Assembly (NCBI GenBank): GCA_964016885.1
Contig: OZ024740.1
Coordinates: forward strand, 234,236,001 to 234,300,000
Length of the DNA: 64,000 nt
Direction of reading: 5' to 3'
Source of the DNA: Eledone cirrhosa
Lineage: Eukaryota
Positions 41,601-53,780 of this stretch are shown here, piece by piece. Under the pieces are notes generated by a model that saw nothing but the letters and a program-made list of their open reading frames with translations, did not search any database and was not told the origin of the DNA. The number at the start of each line of letters is the position of its first letter. Positions within the stretch are counted from its first letter, which is position 1. A program made the position numbers and the translations under genes.

Positions 41601-42281
41601 TTAGGGACCACTCAAACGGACAGAAAGTTCGAAGTTTGTGCAGTATTTGTAAGGTAGAGCTTGTTCCAAACTGACAACACGGTGGACATATAATTACGAA
41701 CCGCAGAAGTTGTTTTTAATAACACAACAAAATACTCCGTAGGGTTGAGATCTGACTAAACAGAACTGACTGAGTGTTTTACATTATAAGACAGCAACAT
41801 CATAAAAAACAAAAATAACAAAATAGGATACAGTGTAAAAAGGGTATGTTATATTAACTGACCTGTCGTTAAGTTCCAATTTGACTCCGTTTGATCCTTG
41901 TCTAGCCATGTCTTCCATTAAATAGTCCGAACTGTCCATGATCATCTTGACAAAAAACGTGTCTTCTAAAATGAATACACGGGTTTCAGCTTTGTACACT
42001 TAATGTGTAGTTTAATACAATTTGTTTTACGTATACGTGTACACACAGATGAATAATACAAACGTACACTTATTTATCGTTGGTATATATAAATATATAA
42101 ATATATGTGTGAGAGGGAGTGTATAAATATATAAATGTTTATGTTATTTCCGTTTAGGGTTTTCGTAGTGTGAGCGATATTATTGTGTATTTAACTTGAA
42201 AGTGAGAGTACAATGTATACAATAACGGTAAAAAGGTTATATGTATTTCACCGGTCAAAAAGTCCTGATGGGGGAACTCAC

Positions 42282-42960
42282 TGGTTTATCAGCGGTGTTG
42301 GTATTAGTGCTGGTGTTAATTTAGAGACGTTGACCACCTTAACCGGGTGGTTGTTGTGATGATAAGAGAGGTGTCAATACACCTGTCTTAGTATTTGTAG
42401 TTTTGGAAGTAATCGTCGTTACTGTTGATATTACGAACTGAATCAACGATGACATGGTCCGCAAATAAACAGCGACATCCAGACACACTAAATGGTTTTA
42501 TCGGGTTTCGTAAATATTATTGCTGTTGTTGTAATTGCTTGTCATACGCTTTATGATTCAATAGATAACAACACTGATGATTATTATTATTACAATAATA
42601 AATAATATTAATAATAATAATGACTTCTTTCAAATAATTATAATGATTAATTATAATTAACAGTGATTATATTATGTTATGTTATGTTATGTTATATATT
42701 AAGTTAGTTATTAGTCGGGTGGAATCGGAGTAGTAAGAAAAGTGACCGCGTTGTTGTGGTCTAATGTTTAGTTTAAATGTGTGAGATATAACTCGATGTT
42801 TTGTCACTCTGACACTTTGTTTATCTCTTACTATCACTCTATAACCCCCTCTCTAGCAATCTACACGTGTTTCTCTGTCTGTCTTCCCTCTCACTCACAC
42901 TCCTCTATCAGCACAGTCTGTCCGGCTGTCTGTCAGTCTGACTGACTGACTGACTGTCTG
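42282..42960 (-). other. candidate non-coding first exon / promoter-proximal region of cwo
   Basis: Unique CpG-rich sequence ending in a GTGAGT donor (42281-42276); TCAGT Inr-like repeats near 42940-42957; CACGTG at 42864 and 43092. The 5' boundary is a guess. Confidence 0.3.
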
Positions 42961-43406
42961 GTAGTCGAAGCCAGAGAAAAGACGGCGGTAGGAGGTTGGT
43001 GGACGGTCAGACGGAGGCAAAGAAGGGGAGGGGTGTATGTACATATACATATATTTATTTATTTATTTGCGTGAATATGTGTGTGTGTGTTCACGTGTGT
43101 ATTTACGTGTATGTATGGATGGTAGGTTAATGGGAAGGGTGTCAGACAACCATGCGGTGGTTCGGTTGATGGGTGGGACGGTGTTGTAATGCTGGACCCA
43201 GTAGAATGCGTTCATGCTTCCTTCGATTCTTATTTATTTATTTATTATTATTTCTTGTAACTGTTTAGGTCAATCGTTAGGAAGCATCAATAAATATTTA
43301 TGGAAATACGTTCTATATATATACATACACGCATACAAATATAATATATATATATATTTAATATAGAAATGACTTACTTCTACAGGACTAGAATTGCTTC
43401 ATTCTT

Positions 43407-43458
<52 letters not shown>

Positions 43459-43539
43459 GTTATTCCGGGTTGAATCGGAGGTAACCACAGTAAGTAAGGT
43501 ACTCAATACATTGCAGAGTATAAAAGTTTTAAAATAGAT

Positions 43540-43642
43540 GAGAATCTACAGGACTAGAACTGTTTCATTCTTTAGAAATCATCAGGAATCTCTCTCCTGA
43601 TGATTTCTAAAGAATGAAACAGTTCTAGTCCTGTAGAATCTC
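43540..43642. ncRNA. inverted pair of family A hammerheads (minus 43540-43592; plus core from 43597)
   Basis: Both strands carry CTGATGA-t-TTC-taaa-GAA-t-GAA-ACAG...CTGT-A. Minus copy stem I is GAGATTC/GATTCTC (one mismatch); plus copy stem I is truncated at the inversion point. Confidence 0.7.
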
Positions 43643-43645
43643 ATC

Positions 43646-43693
<48 letters not shown>

Positions 43694-43822
43694 GTGTGTG
43701 TGTGTGTGTGTGTGTGCATGTATCTGTGTGTGTGTGAGTCCCGGGTTCAATCGTGGGTAACCACAGTTAATAAAGTACTCAATACATTGGTAGAGTGTAA
43801 ACATTAAGTTTAATATAGAATT

Positions 43823-43919
43823 AGCTTCTACAGGACTGGAACTGTTTCGTTCAAAAGAAATCATCAGGAAAGCCCTGATGATTTCTTTTGAATGAAACAG
43901 TTCTAGTCCTGTAGAAGCC
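43823..43919. ncRNA. second inverted pair of family A hammerheads (minus 43823-43874; plus core from 43875)
   Basis: CTGATGA-t-TTC-tttt-GAA-y-GAA-ACAG...CTGT-A-GAAGC on both strands. Confidence 0.7.
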
Positions 43920-44005
43920 AATTCTATATTAAACTTGATATATATATATACATATGCATATACATATATACATATACATACATATATATATATATGCATA
44001 CTATA

Positions 44006-44060
<55 letters not shown>

Positions 44061-44406
44061 ATGAGTATATGAGTGTATGCATGCGCGCGTGTGTGTGTGT
44101 ACAATAATGGCTTCTACTTTACGCACAAGGCCAGCAATTTTTTAGGAAGGGTAAAGTCTATTTAATAGATTCCAGTACTTGACTGGTACTTTATTGTATC
44201 GACCCCGAGTAAATGAAAAGCAAAGTCGACCCAGCTGATGCTTGGACTCATGGCATAATTAGCAGGATAGCAGGAAGAAATACTCTTCTAACGAGTCTGT
44301 TGGTATTTAATAACATAATTACAGCTTTTCACTGTTGTTTACTCAAGTTTCTTGTCACTCATTCAAAACAACATAAATGTAGATATATATTATATATATG
44401 TAATTT

Positions 44407-44494
<88 letters not shown>

Positions 44495-44534
44495 AAATTC
44501 ACATGAATCAAAGTTCTGTTCAAACCATTTATTA

Positions 44535-44579
44535 GCTTACAATTGTTTCATCCAAACTGAGGTTTGGAGTCTTCGGAGC
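44535..44579 (-). ncRNA. type I hammerhead ribozyme, U4C core variant
   Basis: Minus strand GCT-CCGAAGA-c-TCCAAAC-ctca-GTTTGGA-t-GAA-ACAATTGT-A-AGC, then AATAAA. Confidence 0.65.
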
Positions 44580-45007
44580 AATTTTTCATGATTGTTTACC
44601 TACATGACCTCCTTTCCAACACAAGAGACATACAGATACATATGTATATATCGATGCACAGTGGGGTGACATCCATTATAATATTTTTGCATAGCAATTT
44701 AAATTAAAAAATTAAAACTATATAACTGCTCTGTAGAACAACTGATGTTATTACATTGAGCTATTTATCTTACTGGTAATAAGGTAGTAATAAATTACTG
44801 TATTTCACTGTTTAGGGTTTAAAATATATATAACTATAAAAAGTTTTAGTATATACATAACCATAAATAGTATCCCTAATACCATATATATATATATATA
44901 TATAAGTATTGAAGTTTCCCTTGAAAATTGAAAAAGTCATAGGAGTGAAGAGTGCTCTATGTAAGCACCAGAAGCAAAATTTAATGTATAATAAACAATA
45001 CAATATA

Positions 45008-45085
45008 ATTACCTCATTACCAGAGGTTTCCCGAATAAGACGAATACGAAAAAAACGTCCTCATTCGTTCGTCGGACAAGGTAAT
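45008..45085 (-). ncRNA. type I hammerhead ribozyme, U4C variant (left arm of ~820-bp palindrome)
   Basis: Minus strand ATTACCTTGT-CCGACGA-a-CGAATGAGGACG...CGTCTTATTCG-g-GAA-ACC-tct-GGT-A-ATGAGGTAAT; 10-bp stem I. Confidence 0.7.
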
Positions 45086-45705
45086 ATAAAACATAGTGAA
45101 ATATTTGGAAAGTCTCATCAAGAAATGCAAAAAATATATAAATAAAAGTAATGCAAGAGATATATTTAAAAATATAGAAAAATATACAAAAAATATAAGG
45201 AAATATAGTTAGGTATGTATATATGTATGTATATACACTCACAAATGTACATATGTGTGTATGTACAAATGCATGTGTATGGTGAAAATGTGTGCGTAAG
45301 TACATATATGAGGGCAAGTATATTTGTGTATATGTGACCACAAATACGGATATAATATGATAATATTATATCAGTATTTGTGGTCACATATACACAAATA
45401 TACTTGCCCTCATGTACTTACGCACACATTATAATATAATATTATATCCGTATTTGTGGTCACGTATACACAAATATACTTGCCCTATGTACTTACGCAC
45501 ACATTTTCACCATACACATGCATTTGTACATACACACATATGTACATTTGTGAGTGTATATACATACATATATACATACCTAACTATATTTCCTTATATT
45601 TTTGTATATTTTTCTATATTTTTTAATATATCTCTTGCATTACTTTTATTTATATATTTTTTGCATTTCTTGATGTGACTTTCCAAATATTTCACTATGT
45701 TTTAT

Positions 45706-45783
45706 ATTACCTTGTCCGACGAACGAATGAGGACGTTTTTTTCGTATTCGTCTTATTCGGGAAACCTCTGGTAATGAGGTAAT
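45706..45783 (+). ncRNA. type I hammerhead ribozyme, U4C variant (right arm of ~820-bp palindrome)
   Basis: Mirror copy of 45008-45085; CCGACGA at 45716, GAAA at 45761. Confidence 0.7.
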
Positions 45784-45805
45784 TATATTGTATTGTTTAT
45801 TATAC

Positions 45806-45856
<51 letters not shown>

Positions 45857-46059
45857 GTTTCTACGTTTGGCACAAGGCCACCAATTAACCAGTGCATTAC
45901 TGGTACTTTATTTTATCGACCCCGTAAGGATAAAAGGCAAAGTGAACCTCAGCGGGATTTGAACTCAAAATGGCAAGATATATAATAAACGAAAGACAGT
46001 TACTTTAGACCATCCCAATTTATTTTATTATACGTATTTCGAAGATGTACATAAGCCAA

Positions 46060-46111
<52 letters not shown>

Positions 46112-46171
46112 TAAACAAATAATGAATAAAACAATGAAACAGTTCCTTATATTAAACAAAAAAAGTTCATT

Positions 46172-46313
46172 ATTTAACGATCGTTTCTAGGATATATATG
46201 TGTTAGAATTGGCATGCATATTCAACAGATCTATGTACAAAATTATACAAAATTATACAAACTATCAAGATTAAATATACATACCAACACATATATATGC
46301 CGTCTTCAGAAAT
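46172..46313 (-). ncRNA. type I hammerhead ribozyme with long stem II
   Basis: Minus strand ATTT-CTGAAGA-[ATATATATGTGTTGG...CTAACACATATATAT]-GAA-ACGATCGT-T-AAAT; element flanked by ~55-bp inverted repeats (46104-46160 / 46315-46371). Confidence 0.6.
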
Positions 46314-46506
46314 TTTTGTTTAATATAAGGAACTGTTTCATTGTTTTATTCATTATTTGTTTAATATTTTATCTTGACTCTGTATTCCGTTTATCTTTCA
46401 CCGAAAGTGATTTTTCATTACATCTCTTCTTTCCATGATATCCGGAATACATTGAGTTGTTCTTCATACGGATTGGACACTACCGTAAACTCTTGGTAGA
46501 TTTATC

Positions 46507-46561
<55 letters not shown>

Positions 46562-47035
46562 GAAGTATTTCCGTAGGAAAGGGTAAAGGAAAAAAGAGTG
46601 CTCTATGTAGGCTACAGAGCTTTTTAGTTATGTAATAAACAACATAAGATAATTAATTCATTCACCAGTGGTTTCTATATATATATATAGAGATATAGAT
46701 ATAGATATAGATATATAGATAGATAGTTATATAGATATAGATATAGATATAGATATGCGTGTGTGTGTGTGCACGTGTGCGTGTGTATTTTTGCAAGTAC
46801 GCATGAATGTATGCGTGTGTGATAAATATACTGACTTCAGATAAACCCATACATGCACACACACACATTTGTGCGCATATACACAGCGACAAACATATGC
46901 AATGTGTACACGTGCATAGTACTCCCCCACCACCATCTCCTTAGTTTATAAGTCAAGAGGACAATTTAAAAAAAAAAAAAAAAAATGTAACGACGCAGTG
47001 AAAGAAAAGAGGCAGATAGAATCACAAGAGAAGCA

Positions 47036-47147
<112 letters not shown>

Positions 47148-47253
47148 GGATAAATAGATAGATATAGAGAGAGGGGGGAAGAGAGGGAGAGCAAGACGGG
47201 GGAAGAGATTGTGGAAGAAGTAGTGTCAGAAAGGGAGATTGTGGAAGAGATAA

Positions 47254-47324
<71 letters not shown>

Positions 47325-48023
47325 GTGACAGAGACCATAGAAGAGTGTTGTGTAATAAAAACGTGTAGGGGAGAGAGAGAAAAGATAGAATGAGAAGGAA
47401 ACGTGAAGGGGTACCCTCCTCTCCCAGTCTCTATAATTTACGTAACGACGACGACGACGTGAGATTGCGAAACAACGATGGAATATGACAACAGGGAAGA
47501 TAAAGCTGGAAAGAAGAAATAGAAGATTATAGGGAGGACGAGAGAGGAAGGTGGGAGTTAGAAAACCGAAGTGAAAAAGTGAAAGACAGAATTAACAGGA
47601 TTGAGAAAGAGCTCTAAAATGATAGTGTGAGTGATAAGAGAGAGAGAAGAAACAAAACAAAAAGAGTGAGAAAGAGAAGACATGAAAGATAGTTTAGGGA
47701 CTCTATAAAGGAAGTGATAGAGGAAGAGAGAGAGAGGGAGGAGAGAGAGAGAGAGAGGGGGGTGGGGATTAAAAGAAAGACAGAGAAAAGGAAGCAAATA
47801 GCATTGCACGAACGAGAAAGAAAGAGTGAGAGGAGAGAGTTTCAAAACTAAGTCAGTGAATACACGAAACTCATCTTTCAAATATATATATATGTAGAGG
47901 TTATATTTAATTTGTTGGGATACAAGCAAAATATTTTTATAACTGATATAAAGCACTCAACAAATTATTGGAGTAAATATACAATATATTAACAAATGGA
48001 AACTATATTTATAAAACCATATT

Positions 48024-48089
48024 TATTTCATTATACATATTTCAAGGGCCACCAAGGCAAATTATGGTGTGCTTTCATCAGATAAAATA
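48024..48089 (-). ncRNA. type I hammerhead ribozyme (left arm of perfect palindrome)
   Basis: Mirror image of 48193-48258. Confidence 0.7.
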
Positions 48090-48192
48090 TAATATAGGTT
48101 AGTTTTATAAATAAATATTGACATACCCTGGAAAAATGCAACCATTCCAACTAGAATGGTTGCATATTTATTTATAAAACTAACCTATATTA

Positions 48193-48258
48193 TATTTTAT
48201 CTGATGAAAGCACACCATAATTTGCCTTGGTGGCCCTTGAAATATGTATAATGAAATA
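48193..48258 (+). ncRNA. type I hammerhead ribozyme (right arm of perfect palindrome)
   Basis: TATTTTAT-CTGATGA-AAG..CACCA/TGGTG..CTT-GAA-ATATGTAT-A-ATGAAATA; 8-bp stem I. Confidence 0.7.
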
Positions 48259-48372
48259 AATATGGTTTTATAAATATAGTTTCCATTTGTTAATATATTA
48301 TATATATATATATATATATTATGAAATACTGTTGGCTTCACGCTCACAACAATTTCTATACTTTAATTTATA

Positions 48373-48456
<84 letters not shown>

Positions 48457-49817
48457 CTGTATACATATGCATCTAAATTATAAAACATCATTATGCTTTC
48501 CAGCATAGTTACGTCCCTTAACGATCTGAGTTCAAATCCCGCTGAGGTTGACTTTGCCTATCATCCTTACGGGGTCGATAAAATAAAGTACCAGTAATGC
48601 ACTGGGTAATTGCTGGCCTTGTGCCAAAAAGTAGAAACAATTATATAATATATTTCATATATACATCTATAATGCATATGCACACAAATACACACATATA
48701 AGCGTTCATGCTCACACATACACAGACAAACCGAAAAAGCCCTATACAGACACACACACACACACATGTACATACACAATTACAGACAAGAATTTATTGA
48801 GGGAAGAAGGAAGGGTTGGGGCAGTAAATTATAACAGACACATCGCAGTTACATCGTTTGTCTACCTCCCCTTCCTCTTACATCTCTCTTTCGATTTGCT
48901 TTACGTCACCAACACCGCCATCACTTTCAATCACGTCACTACTATCACCATCACTAACAGCAACAGTACAAACAACCTGTACCACTGCCACCACTATAGC
49001 TGGTTTCGCCACGACCAGCATCAACACTACCACCATCGAAACTACTAATACTATCACCAAGACTACAACATCACTAACACTATACCACCACCAATACCAC
49101 ACCGCAATGAACACTACCTAAAAACGTATACTACACCGCCATCAACACTACACAGCTGCCGACATTACCATCACACCCACACACTATGTCGTCACCACAA
49201 CAAACGGGATAGCCTTTATGTGGTTGCTCGAAATAGCAGCCAAATCTTCTTCATATCTAAAAGGAATGTGATACTGGGTTTTTTTGCAAATAGGGGTAGA
49301 GATGGGTTAGTCAATGTGGGAATGCCTTTAATCAGAAGTCTGTTCGATCAGGGCTGACCTGGGGCTAAATAACAAGAACTATATCAACACACAGTAAACG
49401 AGGTGGCCACTACGTAGTTGGTTGACCTGCTAGAAATAGCAGCCACATCTCAAGTCAGACCCTACCGTCGCATATTGAAGCCCTAGGTGCACTTTGCTTG
49501 ACAACGTAAATGTCGACGTTGTTATAGCTGGAATGCCTAGGTCTTTTCTATTAGGGCTCACCTGGAGTTAAACAACAACAGCAATGTGATGGTATCATGA
49601 CATACACAACTATCACCATAGCTCGATCAAGGCTGACCCTGGGCTAAACAATAACTTCACCGACCTACCATAACTGCCACTACTACCCTAGTATTAATAT
49701 TACCACCGTTACCACCACCACTATCACCACCGCCACCAGCATAACAGTACGTCAGCCAGGACTCCGCCGCCGCTCCATGATCAGGTTGTTTGGTGATACC
49801 ACAGTCATGCTTTAGCT

Positions 49818-49850
49818 CACGTGCCTGACACGGCTGTTCGTGACGTCACG
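49818..49850. promoter_or_regulatory. E-box (CACGTG 49818-49823) next to a full CRE (TGACGTCA 49841-49848, inside palindrome CGTGACGTCACG)
   Basis: Exact consensus matches in unique CpG-rich sequence upstream of cwo. Confidence 0.45.
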
Positions 49851-50870
49851 CCTCACGCGACTTGAAGCATGCCTTATGTTTGTATCTCTCACTCTCGTTC
49901 TCTCACGGTCTCCCTCACATACACCCTCTCTTTATTTTTACTATCTTTATTCTGATCTCTCTCACTCCCTCTTTCTGTCTCTCTTTTACTATCTATCTAT
50001 CGATTTGTCTGCTCGCATGTCTAAATATCTGTCTAGCTATTGATCTATCTGTCTGTCTATCAGACTAACCAATTGTCTGTTGTGTTTTTTCTCGATAAAT
50101 ATATATATACTCGCATATATATATATATATATATACGTATATGTGTGTGTATGTGCGTATAAGTGCGTATATTTAGGAAAATACGTCTTTTTATATGAAT
50201 ACAAGCAGCGACTATCGACTGAAGAGGAGTTGTACAAGCGTAGGGTCAAATAGACATTGTAATTTTATTGGTAGTGACTTCGAAGTTTGACCGAATTATT
50301 CAAACTACACACACGCATGTGCTTATGTATCTAATACTTCCTAACGCAAATTAAACCCGTTCAAACAACACTCTCGCCCCTCTATTTCGCCAATCCTTAT
50401 CACCACCACCACCACCAGCCCCTCCCAACATCCACCCCCATCCCCCTGCACACATAAATACCTTACCACTCTTCCCTTTTTCAGGGTACCACCGTTATCA
50501 TTACTACGACCACCACTAATCATTACTCATATGGAAGCCTCGACGTTGTCGCTCGAACTCCTAGAAATAGCAGCTAAATCTGTCTTTAAATCTGATCATA
50601 CTATCTTAAAAAGGAAGGACACATTCGATAATGTAATCCTAGGTCTACATACAATGTCTCAAAGTCGAGATTATCAAGACTGAAAACTTACGTAGGGCTA
50701 AACAACCCAAACTATCATCACTACCACCACTGTCATCAATACAACCACCACCACCACCACCACCACCACCACCACCACAACAACAACAACAACAAGCATC
50801 ACTATTATCATTATCTTCACAACCATCACTTTACCATCCAGTAGTTTGTACAACAGCTAACTCCACTCGA

Positions 50871-50911
<41 letters not shown>

Positions 50912-50959
50912 TGTGTGTGTCTGTGTGTGTGTGTCTGTATGAGTACGTTTGAGTGTCAA

Positions 50960-50973
50960 CACGTGAACACGTG
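50960..50973. promoter_or_regulatory. tandem E-boxes CACGTGaaCACGTG
   Basis: Two perfect CACGTG separated by 2 nt; lies beside a (TG)n tract. Confidence 0.35.
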
Positions 50974-51285
50974 CGTGTCTGCAGTAGGAAAAGTGCATAC
51001 AATACACATACGCTGTAAATATGCATGTATGTATATATACATGCAGGCATGAATACATGTCTACATGCATATTTATGAATGCATACAGAGTTTATCCACT
51101 AATCTTTCTATTTATCTACCTTCTCACTCTCTCTCTCTCTTACCTCTATCTCTTTCTCCCCCCCTCTCTCTCTGTCTCTCTCTCTATATATATATAAATA
51201 CATTTAATATGTAATAAAGTTTGCAAAAAGCTGCAATTCTTATTGTCATTTTATATGTATGCATATATATATATGTACACACACA

Positions 51286-51329
<44 letters not shown>

Positions 51330-51462
51330 TATATATATGTGTGTGCGCGCGCGCGAAATGAAGTAGCAAAGCTGAGACTTCGAAGTCACTGTCACTATTC
51401 TCTTCAGAAAAAATTCCCACTCTCTTAACATTTATTGAGTACTAATCTAGTTAAACACCTAC

Positions 51463-51553
<91 letters not shown>

Positions 51554-51623
51554 TATATATATATATATATATATAAATGAGAGGTATAGAGATTGTTTTA
51601 GCAAGAAGCTAACGGCATTCTAT

Positions 51624-51692
<69 letters not shown>

Positions 51693-51854
51693 AAAGGATA
51701 ACAAGGACAATTGATTACTCCTTCATTGCATTTATTGATAGGTGACGCGCGTTTCACCACTGATCAGCTCAAGGTTCGATCTGTATCGATCCTACCCGAC
51801 TCAATAATCAAAAATATAAGTATTAATAAAATAGATGTTCGTTTGATCAATTAC

Positions 51855-51907
51855 ATTTTATTATACATATTTCGGATGTACAACAGTACGTCCTCATCAG
51901 ACAAAAT
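51855..51907 (-). ncRNA. type I hammerhead ribozyme
   Basis: Minus strand ATTTTGT-CTGATGA-GGACGTAC-tgtt-GTACATCC-GAA-ATATGTAT-A-ATAAAAT; same stem III/I as the 48-kb pair but a different stem II. Confidence 0.8.
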
Positions 51908-52178
51908 ATGATACATGACATACCCTGAGATGTTAAATGGTTAAGATTTAATCAAGGTAGTGATTAATACTTATATTTTAATATTAATAACTCCTTTCAT
52001 CCTTACGGGGTCGATAAAATAAAGTACCAGTAATGAACTGGGTAATTGCTGGCCTTGTGCCTAAAGTAGAAAAGTAGAAACAAATATTAATAACTCCAGA
52101 AAATTATTTATCCGTTGAGTGCTTCCAATCTACTGTAAAACTCATTCTTTGACATAAGCATTGAATATTGTTTAACAA

Positions 52179-52270
<92 letters not shown>

Positions 52271-52291
52271 AGAAAGATTGAGAGAGAGAGA

Positions 52292-52364
<73 letters not shown>

Positions 52365-52881
52365 CACCACGTATGCTCGTGCGTGCATTGTGCCCTTTAC
52401 AAACAATGGTTACGTGAAGTGTGACATTTTGCGAAGCACATCGCACCCTCTACAGGTAACACTAGGGTTGCAGTGTCTCAATCCGCCCACGCTCGCATTT
52501 ATTCACATTCGCACCTGGACTTAAATGCAAGAAAATCTACATGTCGACCTATTTAAAACTATTGGGTCGTCAGGTATGAAATTTGTAGAAATTTTCTTTT
52601 CTTTCTACAAATTTCTACAAATTCTATACTTGACTACCTATTAGTACTAGTCAGAATAACACTATGTATATGCTCGTACACTATATTGAAGAATAGTGTA
52701 GGTATATTCGCAGGTACATCCTCAAAACTTATATGATCTAAAATATTAGAATGTATGTGGAGAAAAATGTGGAGATGTGTGCGTGCACCTGTGTATTGCT
52801 GTACATATGGGCGCATATATGTGCATATATATATATATATATATATATGGCCTCAGCCGGCTGGCTGGAACAGGTAAAAGA

Positions 52882-52912
<31 letters not shown>

Positions 52913-53091
52913 CATATATATTTATGCGAGTGCTTGCGTGTTTGCATATGCATGCTTGTGCGTGTGTGCATAATGATATCGATCACTTGTACAATCGTGC
53001 GAGCATGTACTTTGTATGAACATATTTGTACATCTCACTTCTAGAACCAGAATTATATGAAAGGGTTACAAGGATATATAAAGAATTATGT

Positions 53092-53154
<63 letters not shown>

Positions 53155-53173
53155 GCACACACACACATACATG

Positions 53174-53205
<32 letters not shown>

Positions 53206-53207
<2 letters not shown>

Positions 53208-53401
53208 ACGAAGGAAATGTGGTAAGGAACCAGATGGACTATAACGCACCAAAGTACTCAATACTTAGGGTAGTAGAGTGGGTAATAGGAACGAGTAGGA
53301 CCCCGACGGCTGAGCTCAAGCCGTTTCGTCGGCTAATTCTGGTCTAGAATTAGCCGTCGAAACGGCTTGAGCTCAGCCGTCGGGGTCCTACTCGTTCCTA
53401 T
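53206..53401. mobile_element. family C palindromic element containing mirrored hammerhead 3' halves (also 38489-38692, 59033-59187)
   Basis: GAA-ACGGCT-tgagctc-AGCCGT-C on both strands around hairpin GGCTAATTCT/AGAATTAGCC; no CTGANGA; flanked by (TA)n. Confidence 0.6.
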
Positions 53402-53689
53402 ATATATATATAGAATGTTGAGAAGTGACACACGAGTAGATATATATTGATAGAATAAGAAAAACAGTAGAAAATGCTAATGGGATTTTCTTATAGAATA
53501 ACAGCAAAACATTTATTTACAAAAAAGGAATTTATCGTACTGGTTTCAGCCAAAAGTTGTTAGGCTTCTTCATGCTACAGGAAATGTTATTAGAAGTGTA
53601 TAATACAATTTATAAGGTGTATATTAATAAGAAGATGGTACAAGAGAATATGGTTTACATACATATAAATGAGTTCAAATTTTTGTTTA

Positions 53690-53766
<77 letters not shown>

Positions 53767-53780
53767 ACCTGGAGGATGAC

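Larger units (their letters stand above)
44983..45807. repeat. near-perfect long inverted repeat (~370-bp arms) with a partially duplicated centre
   Basis: 44983-45355 is the reverse complement of ~45440-45807; the same peptide appears in opposite-strand track ORFs; bounded by (TA)n. Confidence 0.9.
47983..48299. repeat. perfect inverted repeat (~135-bp arms) with inner hairpin ATGCAACCATTC/GAATGGTTGCAT
   Basis: Arms read as exact reverse complements by eye; ends in (TA)n. Confidence 0.9.
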
